Source of the DNA: Rotaria sordida
Taxonomy: Eukaryota
Direction of reading: 5' to 3'
Length of the DNA: 19,577 bases
NCBI GenBank assembly: GCA_905250005.1
Contig: CAJNOH010000428.1
Coordinates: 30,922-50,498 of the forward strand
The notes under the pieces were generated by a model. It had not been told where the DNA came from. It ran no database searches and saw only the letters and a list, made by a program, of their open reading frames with translations. Positions 10,242 through 19,577 of the stretch are shown here, piece by piece (position 1 is the stretch's first letter; each line of letters starts with the position of its first letter). The position numbers and the translations under genes were made by a program.

Positions 10242-11782
10242 TCATTTATTTCCATATTATCTTTATTTCATGTTAATTTCAATGTTTTCTTTTTATTGCT
10301 TTGTTCTATTGTTTTTATAAAATACCAGATGAAAAGTACACGAAAAAACAAACCGACATTCTTTTTTTGCACAGATGTTTATCATTTTAGTTAGAGTTTA
10401 TTAAGAAATTATACAATCGTAAGTTATTTAAATTCTATGAGATAAAATTGCATACAATACAAGTGATTATCATTCGGTTTCATGTTGAAAAAGTGAGAAA
10501 AAGAGATTCCATTCAGTATTTTATTGTCGATAGAGATTATAGAGAAATAGAGTTTCTCTGAAAAAATCGATTCGTCTTTTATCAAACAATTTTTCGCCTT
10601 TATGATTGGCTTTTTATACGGGATTAAAATCTGTACTTTTACTAAAAGATTTTCTCCAAGATTTCTAAACTTTAAAGAATTTGCCAACAAAAAAATACAA
10701 GTTCTTATTTCGAATCTTCAAGGAACAGAGAATAGAAAAAGTATGATTTCAGTTCAAAATTCATATCAACAATTTTTCAATCGATTATTCTATAGAAAAT
10801 CTCCAGTCAAAATCAAAAGTTGCACTTTTTCAATTAGAAAATAGTAAATTCCATACGACTGAAAGTCTTCAGATTTGTCATTTCTCATAATAAATTTTTA
10901 GATCATGTAGACTTTCATGGAACATACACATGACGATTAAAAATCTAAATGAAATCAGAGATTCAAGAAATTCGTTTAGAAATAGTCTCACTTTGGAATC
11001 GAGAATATTGTAATGAGCACATTGGTATTATACTTGTAAAAAGAGATCAATTTTAATTAATTACTTATTAAAAAATGAGATTATTGAGGAAGTAAATCAG
11101 AAAAAGACCCATATTCTGCTTACCAAAACATCCTCGTCATAGGTAGTAGTAATGAGAACTAACTGATTGTACATTATTGTTATTATCAAAAACATTTCAT
11201 CATATTAAAATTGCTCATATGTCATTTACGAAAAACTAGACCCTTTTTAGAAACGTAATACTCATAACACTCCATGTTTTCATCTTATTCGATGTTTATT
11301 AAAGAAATATTTCTTGAAAGTCCATCATTTCAACTTATAAACATGCAATAAAATTAAAAATAACGATGATTTAATTAAACTAGTTTTTAATGAGAACGAC
11401 AAAAAATTAAATATATGTAAACTACTATTTCAATTCGATTAGCATTTAAAAGTCAGAGATGACGTCTAATACTTTTTTTAACGACAATTAATTTCATATG
11501 TTTGTTTAGAGCAATAGAAAATCTATCGATGTTTTGTTAAGAAAACTCTTGAGAAAGAACTCTCCAAGATTATTATGATTAATTTTATATAAAAACGACC
11601 AAAGATAGCTAAGATGGCGAATGTCACACATGAAACTAAAATTACATTAAAAAATGTTGTTAGATTTCATTATTTTTGAACTAAATCATGATTTACGTTG
11701 ATTCTTGGTTGACAAAATCTATCATAAATAGTGAAATTCGACTGAGTTTTCTGGAGATTTTCTCTTCCGAATTCCGGTGAGG

Positions 11783-11855
11783 CTAATAAGAGTGTTGGTG
11801 TAAGTAGATCGTCTCTCCAGAAACATTCTACCTACACCAATATCCATATCCTAAA
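11783..11855. repeat. G/T-rich-arm inverted-repeat element, copy E
   Basis: Arms ttggtgtaagtaga (11795-11808) and tctacctacaccaa (11827-11840) pair 13/14; right flank tatccatatccta resembles copy B. Confidence 0.55.
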
Positions 11856-12387
11856 TCTGATAGAGTCCTATCCTACAACATTTTCATGATGTATTAGTTA
11901 TACCGTCTTGACTGTGACTACAGAAAATTCTTTTCTATATTTCGATGTAAGGTTTTGTAGAGTAAATTGGGTGGATTTGGGAATAAAGTTACGAGCGTCG
12001 GAGTGTCTGCGGCTTATAGAAGAACGTTGCACGTTTTTCGTCAATGTTTATTGAGACTATTCCCGTGAGATGTGACTATGAGCTCGATTTGGTGTTAATG
12101 TGTGTTTCTTTGAGTTTGTATTGGTATAGTGATGGGACTCAGAACATCATCGTGGTTTGAATTTTCAGAATAACTGATTATGGCTGTGTCTTTGGGGTAT
12201 GGAAACATTTTGATGTAGATTTTGTGGTTCTTGTAGATTGTTGTAGGCATTTGCTGGATGTGTGAATGAGTGAAATTCACAAACATCCCATTATTCGTCA
12301 GATAATCTATCATGTCATCTCTTCTCTTCAGACTTGCATAAGCATGCTTAAAGTTCGACTAAAAATCATGTTGCCAGAACTTAGTTC

Positions 12388-12540
12388 GTAGGTGTGAGTG
12401 TGCACTTGGGTATATCAACTCTGTGTCTTATATCTATTCAGGCATATGGAAAAAGCCGCTATCACACGAGGAATTAACCAAACGCAAAACTATACACAAA
12501 TGCACATCTCATTGCACGCGCACCCAAACCCACAACTATC
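12388..12540. repeat. Possible diverged G/T-rich-arm element, copy H
   Basis: gtaggtgtgagtgtgcacttgggt near 12388-12411 and gcacgcgcacccaaacccacaac near 12514-12537 have the right composition and opposite orientation, but pairing is poor. Confidence 0.25.
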
Positions 12541-13299
12541 ACGAGTTTGGCTAAGAATATTTCCTTGATGCTTGTTTGATTCGGAGAAATTTTGCATGTT
12601 GCGTAATAATGACAATTCGAGTTCACCGTTTTGAAAGGAAGAAAAAACTGTTATCATTAAGCTTGGTAAAACTTTCATATGACACAAAGTAAATAATTTT
12701 TTCTCTGATTGAGAAATTACATTTGCATTGAGTAAATTTCACAAATCTTTCGTAATTTTAACAGCATATTTTCACTATAAATCGAACGTGTTCGCCTTTT
12801 AACTTATTCATTCGTCTGTGATGACCATATGAAGCTTGAGATATTTCATACCGAGTAAGTACTCTGAAGTTGCGATATAGCTATTGCCAAAGTCAATGAA
12901 ACATTATTCATTGATTCATCCAACGTCCAAGTGCATTCGAGATTTTTCTTGTTTTAGGAAAAAGATCATCTCTGGTTGTATTAACTGGACTCACGTCAGT
13001 TGTGCCAAACGCGAAAGTAGTCGAAAGGAATAGAATTTAGCAACGCATAATAAACTCATGAATAAACCTATGACAGTTTTTTTGTATTACAGAATGTTCT
13101 ACATACAAAAATTTTTGTTCCAAGATTAGGTTGAAAGCTTACTCTGTAGATATAAGTTGATGGATATCTGTCATTGGCTTAGAAAACAAGTTACAGATAC
13201 GACAGTTCTTACTTATATACAACCTAATGACTCAACTTTTCTTCTTTGTCTATTCTTATAGATATCTTGATAATTTTTCAGATTTCTTTAACATTAATT

Positions 13300-13727
13300 A
13301 TGTTTGACAACGATGAACTTGCTTGCGTATATGCGGCACTCATGTTAGTCGACGATAACGTAGAGATAACGGGAGATAAAATTGCGACAATATTGAAGGC
13401 AGCTAAGTATGAGGCGGAACCATTCTGGCCTATCTTATTCGCCGATGCAATAAAAGGTATCAACGTAAACGATCTTATCAAGAGTGTGAACTCAGTACCA
13501 ATTGTTAATGTCAGTACCAATGCACCCATCACTAATGATAAGAAGCCACTAGACAATAACGCCACAAAAGAAGGAACATCAAAACGAGACGAAGAGCAAA
13601 AATTAAATGCTTTGGACGATCCATTCAATGACAATGGTGAAGTATCGGACGTACGTATCATATTTTTCAAGTTGATTTTCTGATCTGTTGAGTCTTTTTT
13701 TTGCAGATGTTCAGTTTGTTTGGCTAA
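13300..13727 (+). CDS. RPLP1: 60S acidic ribosomal protein P1, divergent C-terminus
   Basis: Exon 1 is 13300-13650 (MFDNDELACVYAALMLVDDNVEITGDKIATILKAAKYEAEPFWPILFADAIKGINVNDLIKSV..DNGEVSD). GTACGT..TGCAG intron 13651-13706. Exon 2 is 13707-13727 (MFSLFG*). The N-terminal domain aligns closely with metazoan P1 ([47 protein letters not shown]). Confidence 0.9.
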
Positions 13728-13815
13728 ACTAACAAATCGTCGATGATAATTCATGTATCGTCAATTGATATTTTTGTATGCTTTTTTACATGGTCTTCGT
13801 ATCAAAAGATTTCAA

Positions 13816-13821
13816 AATAAA
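13816..13821 (+). terminator. AATAAA polyadenylation signal, likely for the P1 gene
   Basis: AATAAA about 90 bp downstream of the stop codon. Confidence 0.5.
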
Positions 13822-13994
13822 TTCAACATTAACATCATTCGAGTCGTTTATTTTGTGGAACTCGCACAGGAAAATAGGTTTAATGGAAGTTTAAGACAAG
13901 AAAATTGTTCATCCCCTAAACCTGCAGCAACCCGACTTATATACTACAAAGAGCACTCCAAAAGTTTTTCCCCAAATTTTTAGACAAATACATA

Positions 13995-14155
13995 TGTGGG
14001 TGTGGGTGTGGGAGTGTGTGGGTGTGGGTGTGGGAGTGTGTGTGGGTGGAGTTGTGAGTGTGATGTGGGTATGAGTGTGAGTGCAGTTGAAGAGAAGAAC
14101 TAAATCAATACCCACACACCTACCATCCCACCGGCATCCACACCCTCTTTAGTAT
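13995..14155. repeat. Interstitial telomere-like repeat block within a G/T-rich-arm element, copy F
   Basis: Two tandem 22 bp units tgtgggtgtgggtgtgggagtg (13995-14016 and 14017-14038), then degenerate G/T sequence, gaagagaagaactaaatc, then C-rich cccacacacctaccatcccaccggcatccacaccctctttagt. Confidence 0.85.
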
Positions 14156-14415
14156 CTTGTTCTTGATCGAATTTCTGTAGATTTGATCAGTCAAACAGCT
14201 ACTCAGTCACTTGATAATTCTTATCAGTAATTTTGAAATACAAAAGATTTCTTTGTATTATAGCAACTAGACACACCCACACAACCACATGCAAGGAAAC
14301 AAAGATTTATATTTGTTATAGAAATGAGCTTGCTAGTGACAATCTGGTTTAACTTTTCAAATAGTCATGAAAATTTTTGTGAAGACACACTTGCCACTGG
14401 AAATTTTCTATTTGT

Positions 14416-15553
14416 TTAATTTGTTGACGATGGTTGAACTTTTCGCGATAGTCGGGATCGTGAAGCATCCGTTGAATGTGAGGTCTGCGATTTATGCGAA
14501 GCATTTCTCGAATTTTGGTTCTGTTTTTCGTTTGGAGCATCGCTCGAATCTGAGCCGCTGTTCGTTTTTGGATTCTTGTCATGATCCATTTTATTCGGAG
14601 CAAGCAATTTTTGAATAGTAGGATTCTTAGAACATCTAATAAGCAATTAAAGTACAAGTAAAATGCAAAATGAATATATATTTCAAAAGAGAGAATTGAA
14701 TTAAACGATACCCATCAATAACTGTTTCTTTCTCGAACTCCCTGGTTTTATCTTTGTTCTCGAGTTTTGATATTATCTGTTTTGCGACGTCTTCTGGTTC
14801 GTCTTGATCGTCAGAATCAATTGTATCCATAAAATCATACTGAAGTAATAGAAAGAAGGTTACTTTATCTAAAGACTTTCATTAGAAGTATACCATAGCT
14901 TTAATCATTGTTGCCAATTCTGCTTGATCTAATTTATCATTGTTGGATGTATCATACCTTTGAAGCAAAAAGATCGTATGTGGAACCAAAGTTTATAGTC
15001 AATTTACATGTGGAACAGGATACCAATATGATCTTTTAATTCTAATTGACTTCGAGGTGAAACAGCTACAAGAAATTCTTCGAAATTGATTGAACCATCC
15101 TTGTCTTTGCCGTACGTTTTAAAAATGACACTAGAAGTTATTCGATACTTTCACAATTCAATAACATCATTCGATCAGATTATACTCGCAAAACAGTTCT
15201 GTATTTCGTCGACGAAAATATTTTCTGAAAATACGCTTAAATTTTTCCTTGTTTAGTTTCCCGTCGGGACAGTCATGATGGAACCCCTATCATTAAGAAA
15301 CACATATGAAACCCTGGAAACCATTCATTCAACTAACCTGATACCATCCTTGTATTTCTATAAATCAAGACTAACAAATAGATATGAGCGGTAACAAAAA
15401 GAGAAATTACCTTCTTCTGAAAGTTTCGTTATTTTTTGGTACCGCTGAACCACTAAAAAAATAAGAAATGAAGTAAAAATTTTTTTCAAAAGTTAATTTG
15501 AGTTAGTCACATTGTCGACTTAGCTTATTTGGCGTAGACTCTGTATTACCCAT
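14416..15553 (-). CDS. Neuronal calcium sensor (recoverin/frequenin/hippocalcin) family EF-hand protein with a C-terminal extension
   Basis: Eight exons on the minus strand: 15511-15553, 15411-15452, 15338-15357, 15186-15286, 15008-15130, 14894-14957, 14712-14839, 14416-14635 (741 nt, 246 aa). Introns are 50-76 bp and GT-AG. Product MGNTESTPNKLSRQLVQRYQKITKLSEEEIQGWYQGFHHDCPDGKLNKEKFKRIFRKYF..FKTYGKDKDGSINFEEFLVAVS..LFHMYDTSNNDKLDQAELATMIKAMYDFMD..EDVAKQIISKLENKDKTREFEKETVIDGCSKNPTIQKLL.. follows the NCS layout, including EIQxWYxGFxxDCPxG. Confidence 0.88.
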
Positions 15554-16259
15554 ATGAAATGATTTAGTAATTTCAATGAATAAGGAATAATAAAGATTCA
15601 AGCGATCTAAAAGAAAATATTTTTCGTTATTAGATTATAAATATTGAGTCGAATTATGTCACATATCTCAAATTTCGATGAAGTGCTCACTTCTTCACAG
15701 GCAGATACTGCAACTCTGTAGAAAAATGCCATATGTACAGTTTGGCAATGCGTTGATTCATCATTGATGATTTATCATCTCCCGTTTAAATACTACGTAT
15801 GCTTCCGTGAGAGATGTCACTTCTGTGACTCAAAATGCAACAATCTTTTAGAAGAGATGTGAGCACCCATCCAAATTTCGGAATATGTGGTATTTTCTAT
15901 GTGTGTTAAATTTAGCTAGGTATAAAAACAGAATTATAAGAGTACATCGATGCTATTCGAACACATTCTACGAGGGCTTGTCAATTGGTGTTTTTAAGTC
16001 ACGCGAACTTCATTCTTTGCTGGAACAATTCAATAATGAATATAATGAACGAAAACAGCAAGTTATCGCTCTTTCACAAGTGTGAAAGACGTCGAAAATG
16101 ATACTTTCAAAAGAAACATAAAAAAGTGATAAACATACTGAAGTTCTCACACACAAACATACATCACAAACTGTCTAAAATCTACTTGCAGTTGATGTTT
16201 CGATTCGCATTTCGTTGCATAGTCTTGTTATCTCAGAGTGCTTACTTGGAAGCATCGAT

Positions 16260-17588
16260 CTAGGTTTTTGAACGGTTTTTTGGCTCAGTCATTGCTGTAG
16301 TTTTAGTGTCATTAGAAAGTCCGTTCAAAAGTAATTTTACTTCTGTCCATCCACCTGCTATATTAGCACTTGATTCACTCTCCTGTACTATTATCCATAC
16401 CATTGATACCACACAAAGTATGGCGAAAGTGATGAGAACAATAAACGTTAATGAGGTTACGCTTAATTTATAATAGTATAGAAGAGATACACCTGGAATA
16501 ATCAGAAACGGCACTGCAATGTAAATTGCAGTTACTATTATAACAGCCGAAGGATGCTTAAAAAGCGTTAAGTTACAAGCACTGCAATGCCAGCATAAAT
16601 GACAACAACAGCATTTGGTTGGAGCTGTATGTTTATTAATACCGAATGTCTTAGCCGCTATCCGATGTATGCCAGTGGCTACGCCCAAACGCTTGTTAAA
16701 AGCAAACAGATATATTTGTATTATGGCTCGAGCGATATTACCGAAAGCAACCAATAATCCTGTTGTAACACCTACTTGCGTCGTAACATCCGATGTTGTT
16801 ATATCACGCGCAAGCCAACGAAAGCATGATGCAGAATCAACATCAAATGGAAAGGCGGCAGTCTTTCCCGTGTCACATGCAAAATATGTACGATTGTCAC
16901 CACAGAAACATTCCGTTGGGCCAATGGCTGGACATGGACCATCTCGATAAATACTTACTGTGGCTAAGAAAAGGGCGTTGAAAGCAGCTATGAGAGCACC
17001 GGAAATGATAATCGTTGTTAAGATTATTACGAAAACTAGAGTCCCTCTTTTTCGTATAGAAAGATATCTCCCATGAACATTCAGTATTGCTCGTTCGTAC
17101 TCAGAATGCGATGGAGAGTCTAAGGGTATTTTGATCTTCGTTTCTGCCGATTGCTTGCTCGAGTCATCATTATTATTTTCCGAAGAATGTGCTTGACGTT
17201 CGTTTGCGTTAGAAGCACCATCTGATTTTGAGTCTGCAGCGTTCGGATTTCTGTTAGGCTTTTTGTTAAAAGGTTCTACGATTGAGGAATCTGTTTGAAG
17301 AATTTTTTCCCCATCAACCTTTTTCATCAGAGCCATGGCTTGTGGAAAATTTTTGGAGATGTAGGTCTCAAGGACATCGCTAGAAAAATTAATGGCATCA
17401 TCCTTGCGAATGATGTTATGGTGCACGTCAATGAAGCAGCGCTCTATATGCAGAAGATTAGCAACAAGACCGTAAAATATTTTGTCGTTTTCCAACAGCA
17501 AAATTAACAAGACAACAAGTGTTAAAAGCACAATGCCAACACTAATGGAAACACTGCACGCAACCCAAGTCCAATAATTCCAAGTCAT
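16260..17588 (-). CDS. Uncharacterised multi-pass membrane protein with a Cys-rich extracellular-type loop
   Basis: Single 442 aa ORF with ATG checked. About 5 hydrophobic segments (e.g. VSISVGIVLLTLVVLLILLL, LVFVIILTTIIISGALIAAF, AVIIVTAIYIAVPFLIIPGVSLLYYY, LTFIVLITFAILCVVSMVWIIV). Loop DGPCPAIGPTECFCGDNRTYFACDTG..SCFRW, and Cys cluster KCCCCHLCWHCSAC. Confidence 0.8.
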   Translation of the reverse strand: MTWNYWTWVACSVSISVGIVLLTLVVLLILLLENDKIFYGLVANLLHIERCFIDVHHNIIRKDDAINFSSDVLETYISKNFPQAMALMKKVDGEKILQTDSSIVEPFNKKPNRNPNAADSKSDGASNANERQAHSSENNNDDSSKQSAETKIKIPLDSPSHSEYERAILNVHGRYLSIRKRGTLVFVIILTTIIISGALIAAFNALFLATVSIYRDGPCPAIGPTECFCGDNRTYFACDTGKTAAFPFDVDSASCFRWLARDITTSDVTTQVGVTTGLLVAFGNIARAIIQIYLFAFNKRLGVATGIHRIAAKTFGINKHTAPTKCCCCHLCWHCSACNLTLFKHPSAVIIVTAIYIAVPFLIIPGVSLLYYYKLSVTSLTFIVLITFAILCVVSMVWIIVQESESSANIAGGWTEVKLLLNGLSNDTKTTAMTEPKNRSKT

Positions 17589-18733
17589 TTTAATAACAGA
17601 AATAGTAATCTAGAAAGAAGATTGACAAATAGCACCTCTAAACTGTATCGAATGAATAAGTTATTAACGAGTATGGTTGCATGTGAAAAACACTGTTGTA
17701 CACTAATGTGTTTCTTTCGCAAAATTCAAGCTGCAGCATTTAGACAGCAGAGATGATTGTCGAGCAGAGCATGTCTGTGAGCAGTACAAATCTACAGTTT
17801 CGGATCGGTTCGAAAAATTATTACGCAGAACAGTAGGACCGTTTAGTTATGAAAGTATGCATGAAGTTTGAACTTTTTTGCTATGGTTCTGCTACTGTCC
17901 AAGAAAAATACTATTATCCAATGATTCTTATTAAAACACTTAATGAAATCAGCAGGCACCTGAAAAGAAAACGATTTTACGCTTTTAAAACCATTTCTGA
18001 ATAATTTGTTCCACGGTTCTAGTTCCAGTATCGGTTTTAGAAATTTTTTGAAACGCGGTTTCGGGTCGCTTTTTGATGGCAGATTCTGTGGAACCGAAGA
18101 TCTTTAATGAATGGCAGTACACATCAAAGTGATTTAAGATAGAAGTGCATCTTGCTTTCAATGGCGAAAAGGAAATATTTATGAAATGCATTTTAATCAT
18201 CAGCTAGTTTTAATTTAATAACATTGAAATAATTCTTGAATGGAGGCACCGACACTTGTATTCGTAGCTTCTGTGATACTTAGGAGAGTTCGGGAGCATA
18301 ACTATTTTTGATAGTAAGCTATTAAAAAAATAGGCACAATACGAAACTCTATCGGTTACGGAGTTCGCTGCCCAATAATTTTAAGCATGGGAGAATAAGA
18401 ATGGTTTATTACCTTTACTATAGATTTTTTTAGGCTCAGTAGAATTTCCATAGTTTCGCCTCTTTTGTATCAAACTATTATTGAGTTTTGCAAATTCATT
18501 TTTAGTTTTTCATATCAAAAACTGAACTTCACATCGTTCTGAACATCGTGCATCGAAGCACTGATAGATTGGTAGGTATTCCTAAGGCTTCATAGTATGT
18601 TAACAAAACTATTGATAGTTTCTTGGTCAAGCTACAGGCTTCGTACTCTTCCTACACAACCACGGATAGATCCGTGAAGCATATGATGGTTTGGTAAACT
18701 TTATTCAAAAACTTTTGTCTATTCTTTGCTCTT

Positions 18734-18979
18734 TTATAAGTTCTTTACATTAGAGAAGGAATCATTCACGGTTTTGTAAACTAAGCAAAGATCGAGCAAC
18801 TCTTTTCCAGTACCATTAGTGGTTTCACTGCCTGCTTTGTCGTTAAGTATACCCTGCACGCAACCCTCAACAATTTCGTAGACAAAACAAATGTGTTCTG
18901 ATTGTTCTGCAAAGCCACTTGGTAATGGCATGTGTCTTCTAGGAAGGCGTATTTTACACGCAATCCTACTTCGTCCCAA
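18734..18979 (-). CDS. Hypothetical short ORF in the subtelomere
   Basis: 81 aa ORF with an AATAAA motif on the same strand shortly downstream (near 18700). No recognised family and may not be coding. Confidence 0.15.
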   Translation of the reverse strand: MGRSRIACKIRLPRRHMPLPSGFAEQSEHICFVYEIVEGCVQGILNDKAGSETTNGTGKELLDLCLVYKTVNDSFSNVKNL

Positions 18980-19515
18980 AGTCTAAAGAGACGTTATACT
19001 GCCTATTTTATACCAAACTATTTCATATTGATTCGGTCTTCATTGTAGTAGCATAAATTTCATTAGAAGTCCATAAAGTAATACGTGCAATAAGTGGAAG
19101 ACTTTCATGATTCGCAAAAAACCAAAGAATAGTAGTCTTATTACCTAGAAATTTTCCTTAGTACCGAGAACAGCGATGGATAACTTTCTCGGCTATGCCC
19201 GTCTTTTATCTAAAATTTTCAAATAGAGGCAGCTTTTGCTTTTGACATTTTCATATTAGTAAAATGCTCTGACAAGAATGTACTATTGCGCGGTAGATAT
19301 CTATTAATCAGAACTGTGAACCAGTGCGCTGGTTAGAGGTAGATTCCATGCACTTCGGAACTACTTCAAATCTCATCTTGAGTTCTCTCTCGTTCTCAGG
19401 ATAAAGCATGGACAACTATAAGCTGCTTCCAGCTAAATACAAGGTACTATACGGTATCTACAAGTAAACCTTAACTACCTCTTCGGACCTACGTGTAACC
19501 AAGAGAAACCCTTGC

Positions 19516-19577
19516 GGGTGTGGGTGTGGGTGTGGGTGTGGGTGTGGGTGTGGGTGTGGGTGTGGGTGTGGGTGTGG
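19516..19577 (+). repeat. Telomeric repeat array (TGTGGG)n, bdelloid-type, running off the window end
   Basis: About 62 bp of uninterrupted GGGTGT repeat with the G-rich strand running 5'->3' toward the window edge, as expected for a right-hand chromosome end. Confidence 0.93.

Noticed and set aside
12095-12687. Minus-strand ORFs of 72 and 65 aa
   Set aside because: No recognisable family and no splice-supported link between them; cannot be distinguished from chance ORFs.
13278-13754. 158 aa minus-strand ORF
   Set aside because: Antisense to the ribosomal P1 coding exon, which has clear family similarity and a proper splice to MFSLFG.
14349-14657. 102 and 83 aa ORFs over the NCS last exon
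   Set aside because: Shadow ORFs; only the frame ending KVQPSSTN splices in phase onto the EF-hand exons.
1-19577. CRISPR arrays, rRNA or tRNA genes, prokaryotic operons
   Set aside because: No regularly spaced direct repeats with unique spacers, no B-box-containing cloverleaf noticed, and genes have spliceosomal introns.

Overview
Eukaryotic window, AT-rich with short introns. It ends at its right edge in a (TGTGGG)n array. That is the telomere-type repeat reported for bdelloid rotifers, so I read this as a bdelloid-like subtelomere (inference). Manual exon reconstruction recovers three conserved intron-containing genes that the ORF track misses or only partly shows: a YKT6-like longin SNARE (+, 8 exons), a divergent 60S acidic ribosomal protein P1 (+, 2 coding exons), and a neuronal calcium sensor (NCS) family EF-hand protein (-, 8 exons, MG-N-terminus, long novel C-tail). 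The window also holds an intronless secreted protein with two fungal-type CBM1 cellulose-binding modules (candidate horizontal acquisition), an ADP-ribosyltransferase + TPR gene with two apparent frame shifts flanking the catalytic-Glu region, and an intronless multi-pass membrane protein. Between genes there is a recurring set of short inverted-repeat elements with telomere-like G/T-rich arms (about 6 copies), one carrying an interstitial telomeric block, plus a separate AT-rich foldback. No homology searches or folding were run; family names come from motif recognition.
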